This document shows, in pieces, positions 1-9,139 of a stretch of DNA of 64,000 nt (position 1 is its first letter; the number at the start of each line of letters is the position of its first letter). The notes beneath the pieces are model-generated. The model was not told the origin of the DNA and did not search any database. It was given only the letters and a program-made list of their open reading frames with translations. The stretch comes from Halobacteriovoraceae bacterium (GTDB lineage: Bacteria > Bdellovibrionota > Bacteriovoracia > Bacteriovoracales > Bacteriovoracaceae), in NCBI GenBank assembly GCA_963719505.1, contig CAVRCF010000003.1:32001-96000 (forward strand). The letters are read 5' to 3'. The position numbers were made by a program, and so were the translations under genes.

Positions 1-1203
1 AACATTGCCAACGCGGGGACACACGGTTTCAAACGCTCAAGAGCAGAATTTCAAGACATGTTAGCAAAAAGTCTAAAAGGTATCGATGGTGGAGATCAGA
101 TCGGTTCAGGGACAAAACTTGCTCACGTCACAGCTCAATACTCTCAAGGGAGTATCAAAAGAACAGAAAATATTACAGACGTAGCCCTAAATGGAAATGG
201 ATTTTTCACAATTAAGGCTCCATTTGGTCAAGGTTATACAAGAGATGGTGCTTTCCACTTCGACAAAGAAGGTCAATTGATCACTGGTGATGGTTACCAA
301 GTTATGGGTTTCCAAGCTGATGACAAAGGAAAGATCACAGCAAAACAAGATGTTATTAAATTAGGAAATACAACAGTTCCAGCTGAAGCAACTTCAGAAG
401 TTGAGTTCTCTATGAACGTTGACTCAAGAGAGAAGCCTAAGCAGTTTAACCCACTTAACCCAGAAGACACTTCAAACTTTAATACAAGTGTTACTGTTTT
501 TGATAATATCGGAACTCAAAGAGTTGTCACGATGTACTTTAACAAACTAGGGCCAAATCAGTGGGAATACCATGCAATGGCAGATGGCAAAGACGCTCAA
601 GGTGGAGTTGAAGGTCAGATGGTTGAGATGGCAAAAGGTAATTTACAATTTGATTCAAGAGGTAGACTTCAGTCAGAAACTCCACAGTTAAACTCTTTTA
701 ACTTTAATAATGGAGCGGCTGCGGGACAAGAAATCAAGTTCAACTTTGGTGAATCAATTGCTGAAGGTGGAGATGGAAAAGGTGCAAGTACACAGTACGG
801 AACTGACTCTTCAATCGCAAGACATACACAAGACGGGAATAGTGCAGCAACTCTTTCTTCATTATCATTTAATGACGACGGTGTTCTATCAGCTTCTTAC
901 GATAATGGTACAACAAGAGATATCGCACAAATTGCCATCGCAAAATTTGAAAACAACGAAGGTCTCTTCAAGACAGGTAAAAACCTTCTTAAAGAAACAA
1001 GAAAGTCTGGTCAACCGGCAATTGGTCAACCAGGAAAAGATGGAAGAGGACAAGTTTACTCTAAGTCTATCGAGCTTTCTAACGTTGATATCGCAAATGA
1101 ATTTATCGATATGATGGGTGCACAAAGAAACTTCCAAGCAAACACAAGAACGATCACAACGAGTGATCAGATGCTTCAAGAAGTTCTTAATATCAAGAGA
1201 TAA
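1..1203 (+). CDS. flgE: Flagellar hook protein FlgE (5' end outside window)
   Basis: Frame open from base 1 (NIANAGTHGFKRSRAEFQDM); YTRDGAF motif; C-terminal ELSNVDIANEFIDMMGAQRNFQAN of hook/rod proteins; hook-length insertion domain. Confidence 0.93.
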   Translation, partial: NIANAGTHGFKRSRAEFQDMLAKSLKGIDGGDQIGSGTKLAHVTAQYSQGSIKRTENITDVALNGNGFFTIKAPFGQGYTRDGAFHFDKEGQLITGDGYQVMGFQADDKGKITAKQDVIKLGNTTVPAEATSEVEFSMNVDSREKPKQFNPLNPEDTSNFNTSVTVFDNIGTQRVVTMYFNKLGPNQWEYHAMADGKDAQGGVEGQMVEMAKGNLQFDSRGRLQSETPQLNSFNFNNGAAAGQEIKFNFGESIAEGGDGKGASTQYGTDSSIARHTQDGNSAATLSSLSFNDDGVLSASYDNGTTRDIAQIAIAKFENNEGLFKTGKNLLKETRKSGQPAIGQPGKDGRGQVYSKSIELSNVDIANEFIDMMGAQRNFQANTRTITTSDQMLQEVLNIKR

Positions 1204-1352
1204 TCTCTAGGTATTAAAAAATAAAAAGTATAAGTTGCAATTGAGGTAGATGTGAGAGACCTACCTCAATATTCACGCAACGAAATGGAAGCAAGAAGCC
1301 TCCAAATTCTTTTTGCTGACATAAAACACATAACAACAAAATATCAACGAAG

Positions 1353-1382
1353 AAAAAGCCCCAGGAATTTGGGGCTTTTTTT
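1353..1382 (+). terminator. Intrinsic terminator downstream of flgE
   Basis: AAAAAGCCCCA-ggaatt-TGGGGCTTTTTTT. Confidence 0.8.
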
Positions 1383-1392
1383 GTGAGAGAAA

Positions 1393-1995
1393 GTGATGAA
1401 AAAAATTATAGAGAATATGCCAAAGGTTTATGAAGACAATGCAGAAGCTTTTCATAAGCAAAGAGATAAGTCGTTGTTTGAAAAGGCGTGGCTCGATAAA
1501 TTCCTTAAGCACGTTGACGGAGAGGTCCTAGATATCGGCTGTGGGAGCGGAGATCCCATTACTAGGTATTTGATAATTGAGGGATATAAAGTTACTGGTG
1601 TTGATCAATCTAATTCAATGATAGGAATAGCAAAGAAAAATTTTCCAAAAAATGAATGGCTTGTAGGAGATATGAGACAGATTAGTCTGGATAAAAAATT
1701 TTCAGGTATTATTGCTTGGAATAGTTTTTTTCATTTAACAAACTCTGATCAGAAAATGGCTTTTAAAAAGTTCTTGTATCATCTTCTACCTGAGGGCGTG
1801 CTCATGTTTACTGCTGGACCAAGTAATGGTGAAGTTTTAGGACGTGTCAATGGTTTTGACGTTTATCACAGTAGCATGTCAAGCGATGAGTATAAAACTG
1901 AACTAGAGAAACTTGGAATGCAAATTATCGATTATAAACTTGAAGACTCAAGTTGTAATATGCATTCAGTTTATCTAGCTAAAAGAATGACCTAA
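1393..1995 (+). CDS. Class I SAM-dependent methyltransferase
   Basis: VLDIGCGSG motif I, GVDQS, AWNSFFHL. Confidence 0.9.
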   Translation: MMKKIIENMPKVYEDNAEAFHKQRDKSLFEKAWLDKFLKHVDGEVLDIGCGSGDPITRYLIIEGYKVTGVDQSNSMIGIAKKNFPKNEWLVGDMRQISLDKKFSGIIAWNSFFHLTNSDQKMAFKKFLYHLLPEGVLMFTAGPSNGEVLGRVNGFDVYHSSMSSDEYKTELEKLGMQIIDYKLEDSSCNMHSVYLAKRMT

Positions 1996-2523
1996 AGTCT
2001 CTTTATAGAGATACCATGTAACTAAAACTAATGAATGGTTTATAACACCAGAATCAATCATCTGTTGAACCTCGGAAATGCTTTCCTTTACAACTTCAAT
2101 TTCTTCATGCTCATCTAGTTTAAGATCTCCAAAACTATCAAGTCCTGTGGCCAAAAAGTGATAACAAAAATTATTAAAATGAGCGGGATTAGGTCTGCAA
2201 CTTCCAAGTTCTTTGATATCAAATTGACTAGCTCCAGTTTCTTCAAGGAGTTCTCTTTTGGCAGCCTCTAGTGGATTTTCACCCTCATCAATGATTCCCG
2301 CTGGGAATTCATAGGTAACTTCACTGGTTCCAAATCTGAACTGTTTCACTAGGATAACCTCACCATCACGAGTTATCGGTAGCACATTGACCCAGTTTCT
2401 GGACTCAATGACAGTAAATTCAGATTGTTTACCACTTGTAGGTGATTGAAATTGTTGAAAAAAGACTTTAAAGATCTTTGCGTCAAGAACTTCGCGTTTT
2501 TTGCCACTTATCCACTTTTTCAT
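1975..2523 (-). CDS. NUDIX hydrolase (ADP-ribose pyrophosphatase-like)
   Basis: Nudix box GIIDEGENPLEAAKRELLEETG; QFRFG..EFPAG. Confidence 0.9.
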   Translation of the reverse strand: MKKWISGKKREVLDAKIFKVFFQQFQSPTSGKQSEFTVIESRNWVNVLPITRDGEVILVKQFRFGTSEVTYEFPAGIIDEGENPLEAAKRELLEETGASQFDIKELGSCRPNPAHFNNFCYHFLATGLDSFGDLKLDEHEEIEVVKESISEVQQMIDSGVINHSLVLVTWYLYKETLGHSFS

Positions 2524-2576
2524 TCTTTGCCTTTATAATAATAGAATAGTAAGTTAAATATATACTCGGAGAAAAT

Positions 2577-3014
2577 ATGAAGTTAGTCATTATCATGCTT
2601 TTAACATTATCATCAGCTTTTGCAAAAAACTCATTGGTTGGAGCTTATGCCGAGTATAACTTTGATGCGGGTAATATCAAGGGAACGATGAAAGTTGAAC
2701 TCACAAACTACAATCCAGCTTCAAATACTTTCACACAAACAACAACGACTCATTCCGAAGGCAATACAAATGTAGATACTGATACTGTGTCTGCAGATGA
2801 TATCAATACTCAGGATGAGAATTTAATGATCTTAAGTATCTGTGAGACTGAGCTAGGTGGAAAACTTCAGCAGCTTACAGTTGCGGCCGGTACATTTGAA
2901 ACTTGTAATATCTCTGATACAGATACGAGATTCTACTTTGCCAATGTTCCTTTTGGATACGTAAAACTCATCTCTACAATTCAAACAGTAGAGCTAAAAA
3001 GCTTTTCTTTCTAA
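2577..3014 (+). CDS. Secreted hypothetical protein
   Basis: Signal peptide ending SAFA; GGAG RBS; beta-rich mature region. Confidence 0.75.
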   Translation: MKLVIIMLLTLSSAFAKNSLVGAYAEYNFDAGNIKGTMKVELTNYNPASNTFTQTTTTHSEGNTNVDTDTVSADDINTQDENLMILSICETELGGKLQQLTVAAGTFETCNISDTDTRFYFANVPFGYVKLISTIQTVELKSFSF

Positions 3015-3874
3015 GAAGCTTTTAAAAACTTTCTAACAAAATACCTTTTTATAAAAATCATCCACACGGGCTTTGGTTTTTCTACTTTATGTGTCCATGG
3101 ATTAATAAAGTATCCCCTGTAATTGGAAACATCTGTAATACCTAAAACATTTCGAATCACTTCATAGGCCATAAGTGTTCCGGTATTAATGACCATTGGA
3201 GAAAAAGAAATTCTCTTTCTCGTGCCCGCAGCAATTTCTTTAGCAATATCAGGATCGATATAATCAACATTAGTTGTATGGGTCATAACGAATTCAATCT
3301 CTTTTAAAAAACATCCAGAGAGTACATCTTCACTTAGCTCAGAGTTTTTCTTACCGACACTTGGATAGTCTAGAAACTCTTCCGGTCTAGGATCCCTTGG
3401 TCTCACTGTGTAGACATTAGGAAAGAGGGAAGCATAAGCATCAATGGCTATTTTTCCGTGCTCTTTAGCTTTTCGCATAAGATTAATGGAGGCAAAAGTA
3501 TCATCACACCCATTGACGACAATATCGACTTTGGACAGAATTTTATCTAGCTCAGGCACCCAATCCTCTGGTGCTCTTTCGATCTTTAAATCGGGGTTTA
3601 TCTTTAAGCATCTTTCTATCGTCGATTCTAATTTTGATTCGTCAACATTGTCTAAATCACAAAACACTTGGCGATTCATATTGGAAACTTCAAAGGTATC
3701 AATATCCACTAGTATGAAGCTTTCAATCCCTGCTCTGACCATCGTCATAAGAGCGGCACCTCCCATCCCCCCAACGCCTGCAACAAAGACTCTCGTCTCT
3801 TTTAACTTCTCTTGTTGTGTTGGTGTCACGAAGCCAATATTTCTTGTCGTGAATTCCGAATAGTTAAATGTCAT
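3011..3874 (-). CDS. ThiF/MoeB/E1-family adenylyltransferase lacking Zn-binding CxxC motifs
   Basis: GVGGMGG loop, D-x-D-x-F-E-x-SN-x-NRQ, K and GCDD motifs; start reassigned to ATG 3874 (AAGGA RBS). Confidence 0.88.
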   Translation of the reverse strand: MTFNYSEFTTRNIGFVTPTQQEKLKETRVFVAGVGGMGGAALMTMVRAGIESFILVDIDTFEVSNMNRQVFCDLDNVDESKLESTIERCLKINPDLKIERAPEDWVPELDKILSKVDIVVNGCDDTFASINLMRKAKEHGKIAIDAYASLFPNVYTVRPRDPRPEEFLDYPSVGKKNSELSEDVLSGCFLKEIEFVMTHTTNVDYIDPDIAKEIAAGTRKRISFSPMVINTGTLMAYEVIRNVLGITDVSNYRGYFINPWTHKVEKPKPVWMIFIKRYFVRKFLKAS

Positions 3875-4823
3875 GAGTATCCTTTGAGTTCGGTATAAGC
3901 CATCTAAAGTAGGGAAGAACAATTGTTAAAAATAAAGCTAAGAAAATGTTTACAATAAAATTACCAAGAGCACCTTGTATAACTTTATTTTTTAAAGTAC
4001 GAATAATAAATTTAATATCTAAAAACGCGACCTGCATAAAGTCATCACCGCGGGCATAGTCTAGACTGTCTTCCAAAAAGACATCCACTCTTGTGTCTGC
4101 TCTATATTTTGCACATTGAGCAAACGTCTTTTTAAGGTTATCAGATCCCCCTGTATAGGAGTCTTCTATGATAAAGTCCTCAGCTAGAAAAATAGCTTCC
4201 TCTCCAACTCCGAAAGCCTGTTTATGCTCATTAAATATTTTCTGGGCAATAATTTTTTGCTCCTGGTTGGGTTCATCTTGGTACATTGACGGATAGCAAG
4301 AGGTATAAAAGTCTTGCACGAGACCAAAGGCTGCTGGGACTTGAGTAACGTTACTTATCCATTGTTTTCTAAATCCATTTTTAAGGAGAATGAAAAGGTT
4401 AGGTAGCCCGTATATTAAAGTTGTAATATTTTTTCCACGTGAGGCTTTAGAGACAAAAGCCAGGCCTAAATGGAGAACTTCTTCTGTCGTCGCTCCCAGC
4501 TCAATATGAAAATAGATCTGGGCTGACATGGCAATAGGTCTATCATCCTTGTCGTAGATGATACTAATAATCCTTTTAGCTAAGTCTGATGCTTCGCCTT
4601 TTAAAACACCATATTCTGGGACATCAATTGCATCTTCTGAGTTTGCCACAACATCGGTGACATCTTTAATGATTCTTTGAAGTTGTTCCTCTGTGCACCA
4701 AAGAGCTGGCTTTTCCCAAATTTCAAACTTTAAACCACCGCGAAGTTCTATGCGACAATTAAATCTCTCACTGTCCGTTGTAACAGCTTTTATAATGGAA
4801 TAGAGATTTCTAGCGACGAGCAT
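3864..4823 (-). CDS. Hypothetical protein with GNAT-like acyl-CoA-binding motif and C-terminal TM helix
   Basis: LHLGLAFVSKASRGKNITTLIY resembles GNAT motif A; hydrophobic C-terminus; start ATG 4823 with GGAG RBS. Confidence 0.6.
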   Translation of the reverse strand: MLVARNLYSIIKAVTTDSERFNCRIELRGGLKFEIWEKPALWCTEEQLQRIIKDVTDVVANSEDAIDVPEYGVLKGEASDLAKRIISIIYDKDDRPIAMSAQIYFHIELGATTEEVLHLGLAFVSKASRGKNITTLIYGLPNLFILLKNGFRKQWISNVTQVPAAFGLVQDFYTSCYPSMYQDEPNQEQKIIAQKIFNEHKQAFGVGEEAIFLAEDFIIEDSYTGGSDNLKKTFAQCAKYRADTRVDVFLEDSLDYARGDDFMQVAFLDIKFIIRTLKNKVIQGALGNFIVNIFLALFLTIVLPYFRWLIPNSKDTHDI

Positions 4824-6003
4824 AGGTATCTCCAATGATGAGAGCGGTAATTTTTCCAAAACACAGGCTCATCTCGTCTATACTCTCTGATGGGTAAACC
4901 TCGACAGTTAATATCGTTTCATCATCGAGATAATAAAAGACATGACATTTGTAAAACTTGAAGGCTTTTTCTATTTCAATCTTAAGCTCTCTACAAATAT
5001 CTAATTCCTCCTGATGAAGGGGACTATCCAGCAGATCGATGGAGAGGACTCTGGACTTATCTTTTAGAAACTGTTGAAAATGAATGAATTTATTTTCATT
5101 GAGCTCATTGATATTTATATAGCGAGTTCTCTTTACGTAATTGAGAAGCTCTATATCTCTCACTTCTTTAAAATGGATAAGCTCTTTAGTTGCAGACTTT
5201 ATATCAAAGCGGTAGATCTTAGAAATATTGCTAAAGATCGACTTAAAGGTGAGTTCGATAAGAAATGAGGCTATGACAATAAATGAAAAGATACTCCAGT
5301 CAGCATTTGGAATGAGAAAGTAGAGGGTATAGGAGAATCCTAATATTTTAATAATCGAGAAAAACGAGCCCAATAACATATTTTTTCGTGTTAAGGAGTG
5401 TGAATTATTGATCATGGCCGTGACGATGAAGACAATAGGAAAAATAAGAAGCGCTGAGGGACGAGTTGAAAAATAATTTCGACTTAGTGTCCAGTCAACG
5501 AGAAGAATAATTAAGGCAGAAGCCATGGCGATAAGAGAGCCAGAGTATCTTCTTTTTTCAAAGTTTGATTTCGCTGATTGAAGACCCTTGAAGTTTAGAG
5601 CATACAGATAGCCAAATATAGATATTTGCCAAATGAACGATAGGCCCAACCAATATACTGTAACGTGGTAGTCTGTCGCTGTTCCTATTAAAAGAATAAA
5701 GAAGATAGTGCTAATGTAGAGCTTAAACTTTATGGAGAGCCTAAGTTTTCCAATTTTTTCAAAGAAAATGAGAATACTAAACATGCATAGGGTGAGAAAA
5801 AAGTGCTCTAGATTATAGGCGGTAGACTCAACGGTTCTTTCAGAAATGGATCTAAAACTATAGGCCAGCCCTAAACTGAGTGTCATAAATCCGTAAATGA
5901 TTCTAATAGAATCCTTCTTTTTCATGATAAATGCGGACGCGGCTAAAAGAATGAGACTCAGCGAAGCCAGAGCATTCAGTTTAGCGATAAGAATATCTGT
6001 CAT
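4810..6003 (-). CDS. Multi-pass membrane protein with soluble C-terminal region
   Basis: About 8 hydrophobic segments followed by a ~140 aa hydrophilic tail; overlaps the next gene. Confidence 0.75.
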   Translation of the reverse strand: MTDILIAKLNALASLSLILLAASAFIMKKKDSIRIIYGFMTLSLGLAYSFRSISERTVESTAYNLEHFFLTLCMFSILIFFEKIGKLRLSIKFKLYISTIFFILLIGTATDYHVTVYWLGLSFIWQISIFGYLYALNFKGLQSAKSNFEKRRYSGSLIAMASALIILLVDWTLSRNYFSTRPSALLIFPIVFIVTAMINNSHSLTRKNMLLGSFFSIIKILGFSYTLYFLIPNADWSIFSFIVIASFLIELTFKSIFSNISKIYRFDIKSATKELIHFKEVRDIELLNYVKRTRYININELNENKFIHFQQFLKDKSRVLSIDLLDSPLHQEELDICRELKIEIEKAFKFYKCHVFYYLDDETILTVEVYPSESIDEMSLCFGKITALIIGDTYARR

Positions 6004-6009
6004 GATGCC

Positions 6010-6037
6010 TTATCGGAGTAGTTGACAAAAACATTAA
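6010..6037 (-). promoter_or_regulatory. sigma28 (FliA)-like promoter for the 6003 operon, probably leaderless
   Basis: Minus strand TTAA-N16-TCCGATAA, then 6 nt, then ATG; no SD. Confidence 0.6.
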
Positions 6038-6062
6038 AGAATTCTTGAGGTTTTGACGATAT
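6035..6062 (+). promoter_or_regulatory. sigma28 (FliA)-like promoter for the 6069 gene, probably leaderless
   Basis: TAAA-N16-GACGATAT, then 6 nt, then ATG 6069; no SD. Confidence 0.55.
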
Positions 6063-6068
6063 GAACCT

Positions 6069-7166
6069 ATGGAAATTAAAACTGATAGATTTAAAGACTT
6101 TTTTGAAGTCCCGTTTAGTATTTATAAAGGCTCAAACTACGTTTCACCTTTCAAAGATGACCTTAAACGTTTTCTCAATAAAAGGAACCCCACATTTGCG
6201 GGTAAGGATAATTTTGAGATCTTTACTCTTTATCAAGGTGGCAAGTGTATCGGAAGGATCTGTGCACATGTTCATGGAAAGTATAATTCCCACTACAAAT
6301 CCAAAACAGGATTCTTTGGCTTTTTTGATTGTATAAATGACCAGGCAGCAGCCAACCTCCTTTTGGATTCAGCTTGCACTTGGCTCAAGCATAAAGGGAT
6401 GACAGAGGTGTGGGGAAACTTTAATCTGACAACCCAGCAACCTTTTGGCGTGATGACTGAGGGATTTGAAAATAAGCCCTATATGGAAATGCTCTATAGT
6501 CCAAAATATATAGCTGATCTCTTGAGAGCTCGTGGGTTTAGTCCCGACTTCCCAGTGACAACCTTTGAAATTGATTTAGATAATGCTCTTGAAAATGACT
6601 TACAATCCGCTAAAGTTGCAGAGATTTTAAGCAGTGACGACTTTGAAATCAGAAAGGTTTCAAAGAAAAACTTTAAAAAACAAATGGCCCAGTGCTGTGA
6701 ACTTTTAAATATATCTTTTGCAAAAAATCCACTCTTTGTTCCCATTTCAAATGAAGAATTTTGGTTTCAAGCCAAAGAGATGACTTATATTTTAGATGAA
6801 GAGATTACTCAATTTATTTATCATAAAGAAGAAGTTGCAGGTGTTGTCGTCTGCGTCCCTGACCTAAACCCTGTTCTTGAAAAGTTTAAGTCACGTCTTG
6901 GATTAGGACTTATTTATAATCTTCTTCGTCTTAAGAAAAATAAGGATCGTGCTCTTTTGGTATTCGCATCAGTAGATCCGAAGTTCCATTCCCAAGGCTT
7001 AGGTGCCGCTATGTTTATCCGCTGTATTGAAAACCTTGTAAAAAATGGATACAAAAGTCTAGGAATAACCTGGGTTAGTGATTCAAACAAAGCGTCTTTA
7101 GCCGGGATTAATAAACTCAAGCATAAAAAACTTCATAGGCTTTATATCTTTAAAAAAGCTTTATAG
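6069..7166 (+). CDS. YghO/bacterial ceramide synthase (bCerS)-like tandem GNAT acyltransferase
   Basis: FFEVPFSIY..PF, GRICAH, GFFGFFD, GVMTEGFENKPY, C-terminal VDPKFHSQGLG acyl-CoA motif, ITWVSDSN. Confidence 0.8.
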   Translation: MEIKTDRFKDFFEVPFSIYKGSNYVSPFKDDLKRFLNKRNPTFAGKDNFEIFTLYQGGKCIGRICAHVHGKYNSHYKSKTGFFGFFDCINDQAAANLLLDSACTWLKHKGMTEVWGNFNLTTQQPFGVMTEGFENKPYMEMLYSPKYIADLLRARGFSPDFPVTTFEIDLDNALENDLQSAKVAEILSSDDFEIRKVSKKNFKKQMAQCCELLNISFAKNPLFVPISNEEFWFQAKEMTYILDEEITQFIYHKEEVAGVVVCVPDLNPVLEKFKSRLGLGLIYNLLRLKKNKDRALLVFASVDPKFHSQGLGAAMFIRCIENLVKNGYKSLGITWVSDSNKASLAGINKLKHKKLHRLYIFKKAL

Positions 7167-7706
7167 AGGTGATATCATCGAACGAAGATGCTTATTGAAT
7201 TTCTCTAAAAGCTCTTCCGTTGGAACAAGTTGTCTTTCTGTAATTCCAGCAAGATCAAAAATCTTTTTTGCAATCTTATGACTCTCAGTAAGAGCGTGCT
7301 TGTTTGAAAGGTAAATGACTTCTTTCACACCAGAGCTGGCCAGTAACTTTGCACATTCATTACAGGGAAATAACGTTACATAGCAGCGGCTGTTTTTTAG
7401 ACTTCGAGGTGAGTGTAAAATAGCATTGGCTTCAGAGTGGACGACATAGCCGTATTTTTGATGCTCTAAAGGCTGAGATTTGTCTTTTCCCCATGGGAGT
7501 TTAGTCTCATCAATCCCAGCAATAAAACCATTGTAGCCCATTGTTATTTGGTGGTTAAATTCATCAACAAAAACACTTCCCACTTTTGTGGCAGGATCTT
7601 TTGATTTAAAACTGGCCATCATCGCTTGCAACATAAAGTACTCATCCCAAGTGAGAGCACTTTTGGCTTCAAAGTAATTTGGATTTTTGCTTAAATCTTC
7701 AGGCAT
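7161..7706 (-). CDS. Deoxycytidylate (dCMP) deaminase
   Basis: WDEYFM, SKDP, GYNG, HSEANA and PCNEC zinc motifs. Confidence 0.92.
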   Translation of the reverse strand: MPEDLSKNPNYFEAKSALTWDEYFMLQAMMASFKSKDPATKVGSVFVDEFNHQITMGYNGFIAGIDETKLPWGKDKSQPLEHQKYGYVVHSEANAILHSPRSLKNSRCYVTLFPCNECAKLLASSGVKEVIYLSNKHALTESHKIAKKIFDLAGITERQLVPTEELLEKFNKHLRSMISPL

Positions 7707-8674
7707 TAGAAACTCACACTATCTGGGTCAACACCAATAGAGTCGTCAGGCGTGTAGTTTTCTGTATTGTATTCCTGTTCTGTTGAATCTGCTTTCATAA
7801 GTGGTTTTTTGTTAAGCATGATTACCTGATCGAGATGATTGCGAAGAGTTGAGAGGCCTTTGATCACCTTTTCCATATCTTCGTGATTAGATGTCATCTC
7901 TTCAAGAATGACTTTAGCTGCGAGCTTATTAAGTCTTTTCGTTAGGGTATCAATACTTTTATATTCTTTTGGAAAACTTGGTGCAAATAAGACATCGTCA
8001 ACTGCTTGGTCAACGCCCTTTGATTTAATTGCCTTAACTAAATCTTTCACTTCACGAGTTGATTTGTCTTTTACCATATCAACAATCTTGTCTTGATCTT
8101 CTTTACCAAGTTTAATTATTTCGTTCGTTTGTGAAGCGTTTAATTCTCCGTGCTTTCTATACTCTTTAACTTTATCAGAAGAATTAGCATCTCTATCAAT
8201 AGCACTTTTTATTACTTTTTTAGAAAGACCCGTTTTCTCAGAAGTTAGGTCGATGAAAGATCGTTCTTCATTAGGGAGATCAACATGAGTGTTTACGCCT
8301 TCTTGAGTTGTCATATCTTCATCTTTAACTTTCTTAGCATTTGGATAAAGTTCTTCGTAGATTTCTCGTCCACGATTAAGGCATTTTTCGAATTCAACTT
8401 TGGTAAGGTCTTTTCTAACAAGGTTTTCATCAATTGAGATAAGCTCTTGTTCAGCTTCTGTTTTATCAACACGGTAAACGGGAACTTCCGACACACCTAG
8501 CTCTTTTAGAGCACTATATCTTCTGCCGCCAGCGATGAGTTCATTGTTATTATTGATAACGAGAGGACTGATAAGTCCCACTGTCTCTATACTCTTTTTT
8601 AGTTTTTCGATATTTGTTTCAACTCTTAAATATGAACTTTTAGTTTTGATGTCAGTGATTGAAATCATTTCCAC
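7706..8674 (-). CDS. ParB/Srx N-terminal (CTPase) domain protein with HTH
   Basis: SIETVGLISPL, IAGGRRY (GxRR), DENLVRKDL; HTH-like SEKTGLSKKVI; GTG start with AGAGG RBS. Confidence 0.85.
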   Translation of the reverse strand: MEMISITDIKTKSSYLRVETNIEKLKKSIETVGLISPLVINNNNELIAGGRRYSALKELGVSEVPVYRVDKTEAEQELISIDENLVRKDLTKVEFEKCLNRGREIYEELYPNAKKVKDEDMTTQEGVNTHVDLPNEERSFIDLTSEKTGLSKKVIKSAIDRDANSSDKVKEYRKHGELNASQTNEIIKLGKEDQDKIVDMVKDKSTREVKDLVKAIKSKGVDQAVDDVLFAPSFPKEYKSIDTLTKRLNKLAAKVILEEMTSNHEDMEKVIKGLSTLRNHLDQVIMLNKKPLMKADSTEQEYNTENYTPDDSIGVDPDSVSF

Positions 8675-8822
8675 GAGTACCTCTCTAGTTGGTGTCTATA
8701 AAAGTTAAATGCAATTGTGTGTGTGCGCTGGAGTTTGCTTCAAGGGAATAATAAAGTCTAGGATTTTCTAAAAAGAGGGTAATAATTCAGGGTTTTGGGC
8801 GGTGAGTTTAAAGTGGTTTTGT

Positions 8823-9059
8823 TTACTCTTCGCCGTCATCACCAATGGCACCAACCGGGCAGCACGCAAGAGCATTTTCACATTCTTCTTTGGCTTCTTC
8901 AGTTTCTGGCTGATTTGTAACAAAAGCATGACCGTCATCATCGTTCATGGCAAAAAAGCCAGGGGCTTCAACAACACAGGCATCACAAGCAATACATTGA
9001 TCATCAACGTAGTATCTGCCTTCTTTATTCATTGACCACTTTGCTTCTTTATCTGCCAT
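8823..9059 (-). CDS. Ferredoxin (single cluster)
   Basis: CIACDAC...CCPVGAI. Confidence 0.9.
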   Translation of the reverse strand: MADKEAKWSMNKEGRYYVDDQCIACDACVVEAPGFFAMNDDDGHAFVTNQPETEEAKEECENALACCPVGAIGDDGEE

Positions 9060-9089
9060 CACTTATCCACGTGCTCTTGATTAAAGAGC

Positions 9090-9117
9090 AAAAAAAAGCC
9101 CACCTAAAAGATGGGCT
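9090..9117 (-). terminator. Intrinsic terminator after ppiD-like gene
   Basis: AGCCCA/TGGGCT stem followed on the minus strand by a T run. Confidence 0.6.
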
Positions 9118-9139
9118 CTAAAGGTATTTATAGTCTTTC

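Noticed and set aside
7161-7706. AvcD-type anti-phage dCTP deaminase
   Set aside because: Only 181 aa, with no P-loop kinase domain; looks like a plain dCMP deaminase
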